Assembly: GCA_041686375.1 (NCBI GenBank) | Contig: JAWLEB010000007.1 | Span: 4,302-68,301, forward strand | Source of the DNA: Bacteroidales bacterium | Lineage (GTDB): Bacteria; Bacteroidota; Bacteroidia; Bacteroidales; UBA12077 | Direction: 5' to 3' | DNA: 64,000 bases | Part shown: positions 20,146-30,436 of the stretch, in pieces | Numbering within the stretch: position 1 is the first letter of the stretch | How the letters are laid out: each line of letters opens with the position of its first letter | Program-made: the position numbers and the translations under genes | Notes under the pieces: model-generated | Database searches by the model: none | What the model was told of the DNA's origin: nothing | Seen by the model: only the letters and a program-made list of their open reading frames with translations

Positions 20146-20871
20146 ATGAACAACCTTAAACTTATTATAATCGGCTATGGTCGGATGGGCTATGAAATCA
20201 AAAAAGTAGCAGAAAAGCGCGGACATGAGATTGTCTTGATGCTGGATAAAGAGAATGAGGAAGATTTTACAAAAGAGAATCTCCAAAAAGGTGATGTAGC
20301 AATCGAATTTACGCTACCTGATGCAGCATATGAAAACATTATAAAATGTTTCGACGCTAATATTCCCGTAGTTTCAGGTACAACGGGATGGCTGGATAAA
20401 TTCATTGATGCCAGACGATATTGTTTGGAAAATGATCAAAGTTTTTTCTATGCTTCTAATTTCAGCATTGGCGTGAATTTATTTTTCCATATTAACACCC
20501 AACTTGCAAGAATAATGGATAAGTATTCAAACTATGATGTTAAAATTGAAGAAACCCATCATAAGCATAAACTTGACGCACCAAGTGGTACCGCTGTCAA
20601 ACTTGCCGAAATCATTATTCAGGAAATGAACAGAAAAAATAGATGGGTAAAGGAAAATCCAGAGAATGAACAGGAATTCCCTGTTAAATCCATTAGAGAA
20701 GATGAAATTCCCGGTATTCATAAAGTAAACTATACTTCTGATTTCGACGAGATTGAAATTAAACATTCTGCAAAAAGCAGGGAAGGCTTTGCACTAGGTG
20801 CTGTGATGGCAGCAGAATTTTTATATGGGAAAAAGGGCATTTATTCAATGGACGATCTTTTAAATATCTAA
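20146..20871 (+). CDS. dapB: 4-hydroxy-tetrahydrodipicolinate reductase
   Basis: GYGRMG, GTTGW, NFSIG and ETHHKHKLDAPSGTA motifs. Confidence 0.96.
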   Translation: MNNLKLIIIGYGRMGYEIKKVAEKRGHEIVLMLDKENEEDFTKENLQKGDVAIEFTLPDAAYENIIKCFDANIPVVSGTTGWLDKFIDARRYCLENDQSFFYASNFSIGVNLFFHINTQLARIMDKYSNYDVKIEETHHKHKLDAPSGTAVKLAEIIIQEMNRKNRWVKENPENEQEFPVKSIREDEIPGIHKVNYTSDFDEIEIKHSAKSREGFALGAVMAAEFLYGKKGIYSMDDLLNI

Positions 20872-20977
20872 TAAGTATTATAATTACATGAAACGCTCAT
20901 GATAATTTCTCTGCCTATGGCAGTAATTTGCCTTCGACGGATAAAGATTTGACAAATAATTAAAAAAACAATATCAA

Positions 20978-22387
20978 ATGAAAATAAAAGACTTATTTAA
21001 GAATAAATATTTTAAATTTGGCTTAGTTGCTGCTATTTATATTTTATGGGTAATTTGGATTGAGAATCCATGGTTTCTTTTGGGCTTGCCAATTATTTTT
21101 GATATTTACATAACAAAGAAAGTAAACTGGAGTTTCTGGAAGAAGCGGGGCAAAAAGCCCAATAAGTTTGTAGAATGGTTAGATGCGCTGATTTTTGCTG
21201 TTATTGCGGCTTCATTGATACGATTGTTTCTTATTGAAGCATACACTATTCCTACCTCTTCAATGGAAAAAACTTTAATGATAGGGGATTATTTATTCGT
21301 GAGTAAAGTAAGTTATGGACCTAAAATGCCCAATACTCCTATTTCATTTCCTTTTGCCCACAATACTTTACCTCTGACCTCTGATGTAAAATCATATACG
21401 GAATGGATTAGATGGCCATACAATCGATTAAAAGGGCTAGGAGAAGTTGAAAGAAATGATATTGTGGTTTTTAATTTTCCGGCAGGAGATACGGCAATAT
21501 GGGAGATGCAGGACCAGAATTATCATGCCATTAAAAGACAATATGCTAACGAATTGAAAAGCAGAGATGTTAGGAATGGCAATGAAGCTAAACCGTTTGA
21601 CTATTATCTTAAGTATGCAAAAGAATACATCGAAGAGCATTACGATATTACAACACGACCTGTGGATAAACGCACAAACTATGTAAAACGATGTGTTGCT
21701 TTGCCTGGCGATAGTCTTAAAATTGAGCATGGTCAAGTTTATATTAACAATGAGAAACAGCCCCACTTTGAAGATATGCAATATAATTATAATGTAAAGA
21801 CCAATGGTTCCAGAATAAATTCAGTATTATTGAATAATATGGGAATTTCAAAAATCGACAGAAGTTATAATCCTTCCGCTTCCCTTTATACAATGCCTCT
21901 AACAAAGAAAAATCGGGACAAGATTGAAAATTTCTCTAATGTTGTCAGTGTGAAAAAATATGAAAATACAAACCCGGAATCTGTTCAATATGATATATTT
22001 CCTGTGGATAAACAATATGAATGGACAGAAGACAATTTTGGGCCTCTCTATGTTCCTGAAAAAGGTAAAACTATAGAACTTAACTTGAATAACCTTCCTC
22101 TATTTGAACGAATAATTAGAACACATGAAGGGAATGAGCTGGTTGTGAAGGACAGTACAATTTATATTAATGATAACGAGACGGATGAGTACACTTTCCA
22201 GATGGATTATTATTTTATGATGGGAGACAACAGGCATAACTCCGCTGATTCACGATTTTGGGGGTTTGTTCCTGAAGATCATGTTGTGGGTAAAGCTGTA
22301 TTTATATGGTTGTCACTCGACAGGGAAGGTAGATTTCTCAATAAGATAAGGTGGGATCGTATGTTTAACGTGATAACAAAAGATTAA
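20978..22387 (+). CDS. lepB: Signal peptidase I
   Basis: IPTSSMEKTL (catalytic Ser), YVKRC (catalytic Lys) and GDNRHNSADSRFWG. Confidence 0.95.
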   Translation: MKIKDLFKNKYFKFGLVAAIYILWVIWIENPWFLLGLPIIFDIYITKKVNWSFWKKRGKKPNKFVEWLDALIFAVIAASLIRLFLIEAYTIPTSSMEKTLMIGDYLFVSKVSYGPKMPNTPISFPFAHNTLPLTSDVKSYTEWIRWPYNRLKGLGEVERNDIVVFNFPAGDTAIWEMQDQNYHAIKRQYANELKSRDVRNGNEAKPFDYYLKYAKEYIEEHYDITTRPVDKRTNYVKRCVALPGDSLKIEHGQVYINNEKQPHFEDMQYNYNVKTNGSRINSVLLNNMGISKIDRSYNPSASLYTMPLTKKNRDKIENFSNVVSVKKYENTNPESVQYDIFPVDKQYEWTEDNFGPLYVPEKGKTIELNLNNLPLFERIIRTHEGNELVVKDSTIYINDNETDEYTFQMDYYFMMGDNRHNSADSRFWGFVPEDHVVGKAVFIWLSLDREGRFLNKIRWDRMFNVITKD

Positions 22388-22419
22388 CAACCCATTTGCA
22401 GCAGTTTTTTAGATAGTTA

Positions 22420-23103
22420 ATGAATAATATGCAAATATCTTCAACAGCCTTGCTGTCTGTAGCATATCTTGCTCCTGTTCAGTATTATACAAAGTTTTTT
22501 TTGTACGATAAAATTTTGATTGAGGCAAATGAAAATTTTCAAAAACAAAGCTTCAGGAATCGATGCAATATTTTATCTGCTAATGGAGTCTTACCACTTA
22601 CTATTCCTGTTCTTAAAGAGGAGCCTAAGGTAAAGACCAAAGAGTTACGTATTGATAATTCCCTTGAGTGGCAAAAAAATCACTGGACTTCTATAGAATC
22701 AGCATACAGTTCTTCTCCTTTTTTTGAATTCTATATGGATGAATTTATATTTTTTTATAATAGAAAATTCAAATATTTATTTGACTTTAATATGAAAATA
22801 CAGCAATATATTTTTAACCAACTGGAGATTTTACCTCATATAGCATTATCCGATCAATTTATTGAACCAGGAACTTCTGGTTATGATGATTACAGAGAGT
22901 CTATTCATCCTAAAAGAAGAAAACAAAGAGCAGATCCTACCTTTAAACCAGCTTTTTATTACCAGGTTTTCCAGGATAGGTATGGTTTTATACAGAATTT
23001 AAGTATTATTGATTTGCTGTTTAATGAAGGCCCAAATGCTGAGAACATTCTAAAACAAAGTGTGGACCCGAATTCTTTTATCCGGCATAAAGGAGAAAAA
23101 TAG
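22420..23103 (+). CDS. WbqC-family protein
   Basis: FQKQSFRNRC, AYSSSPFFE and LSIIDLLFNEGP; typical lepB neighbour in Bacteroidota. Confidence 0.88.
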   Translation: MNNMQISSTALLSVAYLAPVQYYTKFFLYDKILIEANENFQKQSFRNRCNILSANGVLPLTIPVLKEEPKVKTKELRIDNSLEWQKNHWTSIESAYSSSPFFEFYMDEFIFFYNRKFKYLFDFNMKIQQYIFNQLEILPHIALSDQFIEPGTSGYDDYRESIHPKRRKQRADPTFKPAFYYQVFQDRYGFIQNLSIIDLLFNEGPNAENILKQSVDPNSFIRHKGEK

Positions 23104-23785
23104 TCGGTAGTTTATTTAAATCAGGAGGATTTTTTTTCCATTTACCTATTTCTTGCGTTTTGATAAATTCGTTTGGGCTCGTTATATTGGTTGCTATACA
23201 CAACAAAGAGTTCGAACTACATGAATCAAGCAAAGAAGAGAGTAACTGCATATTGCGATAAGGAGTTTCCATGAATATCTGCGTTTTACCCTCCGTTCTG
23301 GATATTTTTTCTAATTGCTTGATGGCTTTAACTCGCTCGTTTTTTTTGATAGGAAGATACCCTCGGAAAGCAAAATTCTGCCCATTTAAACCCGATGCCA
23401 TTAACGCCAAAATGATTGATGAAGGACCGACAAGTGGAATTATTTCTATATTTTTTTTGTGAGCTAGTCTTACTATTTCTCCGCCGGGATCAGCAACACC
23501 CGGGACACCTGCTTCTGAGATAATTCCGATATCATAACCCTGATTGACAGGTTGAAAGAAATTTGCATATTCCTGTTCTGAGGTATACTTATTTAAGATA
23601 TAAAATTTAATGTTGTCGATATTTTTTTCCCGGCTTAACTGTCTGATATATCTCCTTGCCGTTCTGATATTTTCGACAATAAAATGATTTAGGTTCCTAA
23701 CTACTTCCGGGACCTTTGATGGTATGGTGGACTCTAATTGATCATCACCTATGGGTATTGGAATGAGGTAAATTTTCCCTTGCAT
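23078..23785 (-). CDS. RsmI-like tetrapyrrole-methylase-family SAM-dependent methyltransferase
   Basis: SEAGVPGVADPG, GPSSIILAL and FMETPYRN motifs. Confidence 0.88.
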   Translation of the reverse strand: MQGKIYLIPIPIGDDQLESTIPSKVPEVVRNLNHFIVENIRTARRYIRQLSREKNIDNIKFYILNKYTSEQEYANFFQPVNQGYDIGIISEAGVPGVADPGGEIVRLAHKKNIEIIPLVGPSSIILALMASGLNGQNFAFRGYLPIKKNERVKAIKQLEKISRTEGKTQIFMETPYRNMQLLSSLLDSCSSNSLLCIATNITSPNEFIKTQEIGKWKKNPPDLNKLPTIFLLYAG

Positions 23786-23914
23786 AATACTGGATGTTCA
23801 TATAAATTTCAAAATTAGTAAAAATAAAGTCGATAAGCTATTTGTATTTTTTTACCGGAATATTATCCGTAGGTAAAAATATATAGGGCGACTATATACC
23901 TTTTTGACTTTTAT

Positions 23915-23922
23915 TATCTTTG
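23915..23922 (+). promoter_or_regulatory. Bacteroidota -7 promoter element
   Basis: TATCTTTG located 33 bp before the TTG start at 23956. Confidence 0.5.
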
Positions 23923-23955
23923 TTTGAAATTATGTAAAATTAAAAAAAGATAACA

Positions 23956-24717
23956 TTGAAAGTAATTTTTTTAGGAACTGGTACATCTCAGGGAGTTCCG
24001 GTAATTGGATGTGATTGTGCTGTATGTCAGTCTGATGATCAAAAAGATAAAAGGCTCAGGACTTCCATATTGATCGAGGTAGATGAGCAAAACATTCTTA
24101 TCGATACCGGACCAGATTTTCGCATGCAGATGCTCCGAGAACAAGTGCGGAATATTCATGCTGTCATATATACCCACGAACATAGAGATCACGTAGCCGG
24201 TTTAGATGATATTCGGCCTATAAATTTTCTCAATCAAAGACCCATCTCAGTATATGCAGAAGAGAGAGTGCTGGAAGCTTTAAAGCAAATGTTACCCTAT
24301 GCGTTCCAACAGGACAAGTATCCGGGTGTACCCAGTATTAATCTGAATGAGATTGATCTTAAAGAATTTTATATTGGAAAGACTAAAATTATACCCATTC
24401 GTGCCTATCATTACAAACTGCCCGTTTTAGGTTACAGAATTGAAGATTTCACATATATTACAGATGCCAATTATATCCCAGAAGAAGAGAAAGAAAAAAT
24501 TGTTGGTAGTAAGTATTTGGTCATTAATGCATTAAGAAAAAAGAAACATGTTTCGCATTTTTCTTTATCCGAAGCGCAATACCTTGTAAAGGAATTCAGT
24601 CCGCGGCAAGCATATTTTACGCATATCAGCCATCAGATGGGTTTTCACAAAGAAGTCAACTCTCAGCTGTCAGATAATATGAGCCTGGCATTTGATGGCT
24701 TACATCTTGATATTTAA
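23956..24717 (+). CDS. MBL-fold metallo-hydrolase (PhnP-like phosphodiesterase)
   Basis: LGTGTSQGVP, CxCxxC and THEHRDH motifs. Confidence 0.9.
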   Translation: MKVIFLGTGTSQGVPVIGCDCAVCQSDDQKDKRLRTSILIEVDEQNILIDTGPDFRMQMLREQVRNIHAVIYTHEHRDHVAGLDDIRPINFLNQRPISVYAEERVLEALKQMLPYAFQQDKYPGVPSINLNEIDLKEFYIGKTKIIPIRAYHYKLPVLGYRIEDFTYITDANYIPEEEKEKIVGSKYLVINALRKKKHVSHFSLSEAQYLVKEFSPRQAYFTHISHQMGFHKEVNSQLSDNMSLAFDGLHLDI

Positions 24718-24820
24718 TTCCTTCTACAATCAAGTCAGCAAATTAAGAAAGTTTTATAAATTTGTTATAAATTGGGGCTTCAGGCGTTAAACCCTATCTT
24801 TTGTTTTATAAAAACTAACT

Positions 24821-26551
24821 ATGATGATAAAAAAGACTGTATTTCTTACATTGTTATTTGTGTATATTGCGCCGGGCATTATTAGTGCACAATCCGGTAA
24901 ATTGCTTTTAATTGGTGGGGGAACTGAATATGGTGGTAGCGAAAGTTGGAATGGAGAAGCATTTGAATGGGCAGTGGAACAAAGCCGTAATAAGAAGGTA
25001 GCATTGATTTCCTATAATGTGTCTGATGATCCGGACTGGCTAACTGATCATTTTATTTCAGACTGGGGAGCGGAAGATACCAAAAATTTTGTTATTGACT
25101 CACGCCATGAGGCTGATGCCCAAGATACATATGACAGTCTGATGGAATATGATGTACTGTATATTAAGGGTGGTGACCAATATAACTACTATTCAACATA
25201 CAATAATACTAAAACCGAGCAGGCAATACTGGATAAATATGCCGAAGGGGGCGTTATTTGCGGAACCTCTGCCGGACTTGCTATTTTATCAGAGGTAAAA
25301 TTTACTGCAGAAAATGGAGTCGTTTACCCGGAGGAATGTTTACTAAACTGGGATAATCAATATGTGACTTTAGCCGATGATTTTCTTAATCTTTTCCCAG
25401 GTTATATTTTTGATTCTCATTTTTCAGAAAGGGGAAGGTTTTCAAGATTATTAGGTTTTATGGCTTACTGGCGCTTCACAGAGAATGCAACTATAGTAGG
25501 CCTGGGATTGGATGACATGACTGCAATGGGAGTTGATGAAAATAATGTAGGCACAGTGTTTGGAACAGGTTGTGCTAATATTTACCAGGTTTCCGATGGT
25601 CAAAGTTTCATACAGTATATGAATAGTTTTGCTATTGATTCTTTAAGTGTTAAACAATTGCTGCAAGGCTGTACTATTGATTTTAACACCGGAGAAATTA
25701 ATGGTTTTACTGAATATATAGAGCCTGAGCAAAAAGAAGAAACAGGAAATATTAATCTTTTGGCAAGTGGAGCTGACATTCTGAAAAAAAATAAAACACT
25801 TCTGGAAAACTTTGTTGATAAATATGGAAACTCCTCAGATACAATTTTACTACTGACCGGTTCCAGGCATACAGAAGCGAATAGTTTTAAAAATGAATTA
25901 CAAAAACTGGAAACAGGGGAGATTCAAATTTATTCCGCAACATCGGAAAATACTTCTAACAAGGAGCTTAAAGAAAAAATTAGCCAGTCATCTAAATTGC
26001 TATTTGTCAATTTAGATGATGAGGAATTTGGTGAATTTTTACAGGGAAGTGCTGGAGAAAAGCTTTCCGAACGAATTCATGAAAATGGTATAACCAGCGC
26101 ATTTATCGGAGATGATGCTCGATGGGCCGGGCACACGGTGATCGAAAATTATTTGGAATCCGGAGCCTCTTTTCATGGAGAACTAACTTTCCGAGAAGGA
26201 CTGGATCTTCTGAGTGAAACTGTTATCATTCCAAAAACTTTTGATAATAGTGATATTTATGAGAATACAGCAACAGCAATTCCCTATTCGATGGTAAAAG
26301 ATACCTTGACTTATGGTATATGGCTGACAGAGGATAATCATTTTGAGTATTCTTCGGAAGAGGAAAAGACTTATTTGCATGCATTTGGAGAAGCCCCTGT
26401 AATGATAATAAAATCCAATGGAACGAATACCGGATTTTCTGAACAAACTTTAAGGGGTTTGGATGATCAGACACCAAGGATGATTGTGGGCTTCGAATAT
26501 ATGACTTTGTCTTTAATAGGAAATGATAATAAATATAAAATGGGTAAATGA
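24821..26551 (+). CDS. Secreted cyanophycinase-like S51 peptidase with a second degenerate S51-like domain
   Basis: Signal peptide; LIGGG, GGDQ, GTSAG nucleophile elbow and DSHFSERGR in domain 1; domain 2 lacks the Ser motif. Confidence 0.75.
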   Translation: MMIKKTVFLTLLFVYIAPGIISAQSGKLLLIGGGTEYGGSESWNGEAFEWAVEQSRNKKVALISYNVSDDPDWLTDHFISDWGAEDTKNFVIDSRHEADAQDTYDSLMEYDVLYIKGGDQYNYYSTYNNTKTEQAILDKYAEGGVICGTSAGLAILSEVKFTAENGVVYPEECLLNWDNQYVTLADDFLNLFPGYIFDSHFSERGRFSRLLGFMAYWRFTENATIVGLGLDDMTAMGVDENNVGTVFGTGCANIYQVSDGQSFIQYMNSFAIDSLSVKQLLQGCTIDFNTGEINGFTEYIEPEQKEETGNINLLASGADILKKNKTLLENFVDKYGNSSDTILLLTGSRHTEANSFKNELQKLETGEIQIYSATSENTSNKELKEKISQSSKLLFVNLDDEEFGEFLQGSAGEKLSERIHENGITSAFIGDDARWAGHTVIENYLESGASFHGELTFREGLDLLSETVIIPKTFDNSDIYENTATAIPYSMVKDTLTYGIWLTEDNHFEYSSEEEKTYLHAFGEAPVMIIKSNGTNTGFSEQTLRGLDDQTPRMIVGFEYMTLSLIGNDNKYKMGK

Positions 26552-26577
26552 GTTGGATGATAATCCACCAACTGCAA

Positions 26578-28158
26578 TTATTTCTGCGGGAGTGTAAACC
26601 TGAAAGTAGTTCCTTTTCCAGGTTGACTCGTAACCCAAATCGATTCATTATGCTTATTGATAAAATCTTGACATATAATGAGCCCCAAGCCGGTTCCTTG
26701 TTCGCCTGTGGTGCCTTCTGTACTTATCTGTTGTCCTTTCAGGAAAAGTTTGTTTATATCTTTGTCTTTTATTCCAATACCCGTGTCTTCTACTGCTAAG
26801 ACAGCTTTATCGTCTTTGGTTTCGTGGCGAAGGGTGATTTTTCCTCCTTCCCTGGTGTATTTTATTGCGTTTGATATTAAGTTTCTTAAAACTGTTTCGA
26901 TCATTTTTTTGTCCGCATATACTTCTACAGGCTCTTTAATCTCATTTTGCAGATCAATCTTTTTACTCTCTGCCTTCGACTTAAACAAGATAAAATTGTT
27001 GTTTACCACATGCTCAAGATTGAAATTTTCTGGTTTAAAAAGCAGCTCTCCACTGTGAAATCTACTCCATTGTAAGAGGTTATCAAGCAGGTTTTGGGTG
27101 GTCTTGGCAGAACTAAAGATTAATTCGTGAAATTTTTTAACTTTTTCAGGTGGATACTTATCATAATTAATGCAAAGCAACTCAGAAAAACCAATAATGT
27201 CTGATAAGGGATTCTTTAAATCGTGACCGATTATTGAGAATAACCGATTTTTTGTTTCATTGAGATATTTTAACTTTTCTTCCGTTTCTTTTCTGTTGTG
27301 AATGTCAATATGTGAACCTAAAGCGCGAAGGGGATTCCCGTCTTTATCAAATTCAACGATTTTTCCCCAGTTTAAAATCCATTTATAATCGCCGTTTTTG
27401 GTTTTTAACCGGTGTTCTACATTAAAGGCATCAGTTCTTCCCGTTTCATGTTCGTGTGTTGCTGCTTTTACTTTGGATAAATCTTCCGGATGAATCAAAC
27501 TGATCCAGTCCTTAGCTTTCTGTCCAATCTCTTCAAGGGTGTAGCCCAACATTTGTGCCCATTGTTTGCTTCTGTATACTTCACCGGTTCTAAAATTTTG
27601 ATCCCATAGCCCAATCTTGGCACTTTCTAACGCTAACTCAAGCCGTTCTTTGCTTTTAACAAGCTCCTGATCTTTTTCCTTAATTTTTGATAAATCTTTT
27701 ATTATTAGGATGGTATATGTTTCCTCAGTATCCTGAAAACAACTAATGAAAATATCAGAACTAAAGGAAGTATTATTCTTTTTCTTAAATATTTTTTCAT
27801 TTTGGAGTGTCAGTTGTGAACCCCCAGTATGCGCTTCCATTGCCTGCTCGATCTTTCGATTATAGAAATCTACTTTACTTTTTAGAATCAAATTATCTAT
27901 AGGCTGTCCGATGACTTCCTCAGCTTTGTAATGAAACAGAAATTCAGCAGCATCATTGAAATCTATAATTTCTCTTTGAGCGTTGACAAATATTATAGCG
28001 TCCATAGTTGACTGCAGGACTACGGTGAGAAATTTTTTTGCCTTTTGGGTATCTGCTAAGTTATAGGTAATTTTTTTATTTTGATAGTTAATTGTATTTG
28101 AGTCAACTTCAGTATTACTTAAACTTATTTTTTGTGCTATTTGTCTAAATAATTTCAT
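26578..28158 (-). CDS. Cytoplasmic PAS-PAS sensor histidine kinase (orphan)
   Basis: Two PAS domains (IHPED), H-box GHDLKNP, NAIKYT, DTGIG and GTGLGL. Confidence 0.92.
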   Translation of the reverse strand: MKLFRQIAQKISLSNTEVDSNTINYQNKKITYNLADTQKAKKFLTVVLQSTMDAIIFVNAQREIIDFNDAAEFLFHYKAEEVIGQPIDNLILKSKVDFYNRKIEQAMEAHTGGSQLTLQNEKIFKKKNNTSFSSDIFISCFQDTEETYTILIIKDLSKIKEKDQELVKSKERLELALESAKIGLWDQNFRTGEVYRSKQWAQMLGYTLEEIGQKAKDWISLIHPEDLSKVKAATHEHETGRTDAFNVEHRLKTKNGDYKWILNWGKIVEFDKDGNPLRALGSHIDIHNRKETEEKLKYLNETKNRLFSIIGHDLKNPLSDIIGFSELLCINYDKYPPEKVKKFHELIFSSAKTTQNLLDNLLQWSRFHSGELLFKPENFNLEHVVNNNFILFKSKAESKKIDLQNEIKEPVEVYADKKMIETVLRNLISNAIKYTREGGKITLRHETKDDKAVLAVEDTGIGIKDKDINKLFLKGQQISTEGTTGEQGTGLGLIICQDFINKHNESIWVTSQPGKGTTFRFTLPQK

Positions 28159-28273
28159 ATTGGTAATTTTGATATTCCAATAAAGGCAAAAACTAATGGT
28201 ATAATAGATTGTACAACTTTATAAGAGAATAAAAAGGAGATAAGTCCCTGTAAAAATAAAGAATTAACTAATA

Positions 28274-28924
28274 CTAATTCTTTAGATCTATTCGTATTGC
28301 AGAATCTTTTTTTTCTGTTATCAGCAAAGCAGCTTTACCATTTTCAAGCCATTCAATATTTTTAATCATAGGTTGACTCTCATTGTACAGGGATGTTTTA
28401 TCTTCCTCAGTATCATACCCATACAATCTATACGTTTTTCGGTTTTCATTGATTAAATGATATAGTAAAAGCTTTTCGTCTGGAGAAATCCAGAACTTTT
28501 CGCCATGATCTTCAATTTTTCTGATTTTTGATTTTCCGATGTTATAGAGGTAAATGCCTTCATTTTCATTTCTCTTATTTTTTCGAGTATTCTTCAATGA
28601 GAAGCCAACCAGATTTTCACTATAAGCTAAGTGAGTTTGCCATGCTGCAGGCCAATTGTTTATTTTCTCAAAAGTTTTAATTGTATGCACTTTGCCAGCA
28701 TAAGGCTGGTAAAAAAATAAACTTACATCGGTTTTAAGCTTTGAGGTGTCTATATTTTTTTTATCAGGTATAAAGGTGATGCTTTTATAAAATATAACAA
28801 CAGAATCTTCACTCTGAATAATGCCTTCTCCAAATTGCTCTTTAACATGAGCAGTATCATTTTGACAACTGAAAAGTAAAACACTGAATAAAAAGAGTGT
28901 ACTGACTGAATATATTTTTTGCAT
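28274..28924 (-). CDS. Hypothetical lipoprotein (partial beta-propeller-like)
   Basis: Lipobox LLFSC and a WISPDEK motif. Confidence 0.65.
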   Translation of the reverse strand: MQKIYSVSTLFLFSVLLFSCQNDTAHVKEQFGEGIIQSEDSVVIFYKSITFIPDKKNIDTSKLKTDVSLFFYQPYAGKVHTIKTFEKINNWPAAWQTHLAYSENLVGFSLKNTRKNKRNENEGIYLYNIGKSKIRKIEDHGEKFWISPDEKLLLYHLINENRKTYRLYGYDTEEDKTSLYNESQPMIKNIEWLENGKAALLITEKKDSAIRIDLKN

Positions 28925-29089
28925 GATTTTTATTTCAGATATTCTTGCTACATCATTTCAAAAGTATATATTTATATTGGCAATGTCAAATAATTGAAAC
29001 GGAATAATATTTGGCCAGAGTAATACTTCATATAACCCGATAATAAAATTATAGACATATAATAGTCAGCAATCCAAATCTTTATTTTT

Positions 29090-30382
29090 ATGGAAACATA
29101 CATTAACACTCAGAAAGAATTTGCGAATCAGTTAGATCAAAAAGACAAATTGTCAACTTTCAGGGAATATTTCTATTTTCCAGCCAATACAATATATATG
29201 GATGGAAACTCTTTAGGTTTACTATCTAAAAACGCTGAATATGCCTTAAAAAGAGTAATGAACGAATGGCGTGATTTAGCGATTAAGGGATGGTTATTGG
29301 GTAAAACGCCATGGTTTTATATGGCTGAGGAAATAGGGAAGAAGGCCTCAAACCTGGTGGGAGCGAAACCTGAGGAATTGATTCTAACAGGAACGACCAC
29401 CGTTAACCTTCATGCTTTACTGACTACTTTTTATCAACCCTCCAAAGAGAGATCTAAGATATTGGCTGATGAACTTAATTTTCCTTCCGATATATATGCC
29501 CTGAAAGGACAGATTAAACTCAAAGGATTTGATTTCAATAAAGAACTGGTTTTAGTTCCTTCTGATGATGGTTATATGCTTGATGAGGAGAAAATTGTTG
29601 AATCTATGACTGAAGATGTAGCTGTAGCTCTTTTGCCTTCCGTTCTTTATCGTTCTGGTCAATTGCTTGATATGGAGTACCTTACCCGGGAAGCTCATAA
29701 CCGGAATATACTTATTGGTTTTGATTGCAGTCACTCTGTCGGCGTGGTACCTCATGAGTTTAGTAGATGGGGTGTGGATTTTGCTGTGTTCTGTAGTTAT
29801 AAATATTTGAATGGAGGGCCCGGATCATCTGCATTTTTGTATGTTAATGAACGTCACTTTTCAAAAGAATCTTTTTTAAAAGGATGGTTCGGGAACAAAA
29901 AAGAAACTCAGTTTGACATGTCACTGAATTTTGACCAAGAGCACGCAGCGGGTGGATGGCAGATATCATCACCCGGAATACTCAATAGCGCTCCTGTAGA
30001 AGGAAGTTTGGATGTTATCAATCAAGCGGGTATTCAAAATATTAGGGATAAGTCAAAAACTATGACGTCCTACTTAACTTTTTTGATTAATGAGATATTA
30101 ACAAAAAAACCATATAACTATAAACTGCTGACTCCGGAAAATTCAGAACAAAGAGGTGGACATATAGCTCTTACTCACCCGGAAGAGGCATTTCGTATAA
30201 ATGAGGCTCTTAAAAATAGGGGTGTTGTACCGGATTTCAGGCCACCTGAAATTATCAGGATAGCGCCTTCACCGTTGTATAACACATACAATGAGATTTG
30301 GGAGGTGGTAAATCACTTGAAATTAATTATTGATAACGAAGAATATAAGCAATTCTCCCAACAACGGGATGCTATAAGTTAA
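29090..30382 (+). CDS. kynU: Kynureninase
   Basis: DGNSLG, NFPSDIY, CSYKYLNGGPG (PLP Lys) and DFRPP..IR.AP motifs. Confidence 0.93.
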   Translation: METYINTQKEFANQLDQKDKLSTFREYFYFPANTIYMDGNSLGLLSKNAEYALKRVMNEWRDLAIKGWLLGKTPWFYMAEEIGKKASNLVGAKPEELILTGTTTVNLHALLTTFYQPSKERSKILADELNFPSDIYALKGQIKLKGFDFNKELVLVPSDDGYMLDEEKIVESMTEDVAVALLPSVLYRSGQLLDMEYLTREAHNRNILIGFDCSHSVGVVPHEFSRWGVDFAVFCSYKYLNGGPGSSAFLYVNERHFSKESFLKGWFGNKKETQFDMSLNFDQEHAAGGWQISSPGILNSAPVEGSLDVINQAGIQNIRDKSKTMTSYLTFLINEILTKKPYNYKLLTPENSEQRGGHIALTHPEEAFRINEALKNRGVVPDFRPPEIIRIAPSPLYNTYNEIWEVVNHLKLIIDNEEYKQFSQQRDAIS

Positions 30383-30436
30383 TACGGGCATCAGACATAA
30401 CTATTTTAGTAAATTTAGGAATTGCTTTGTTTGTAT

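Noticed and set aside
23078-23103. 26-bp 3' overlap of the convergent wbqC-like and rsmI-like genes
   Set aside because: Common in compact genomes, with no sign of special function.
23849-23897. Inverted repeats TTTTTACC..GGTAAAAA and ATATAG..CTATAT between divergent genes
   Set aside because: Short, imperfect and AT-rich; not enough support for a function.
26548-26799. 83-aa plus-strand ORF overlapping the cyanophycinase stop (ATGA)
   Set aside because: It lies almost wholly antisense to the conserved HATPase domain of the PAS kinase and does not look like a T9SS CTD.
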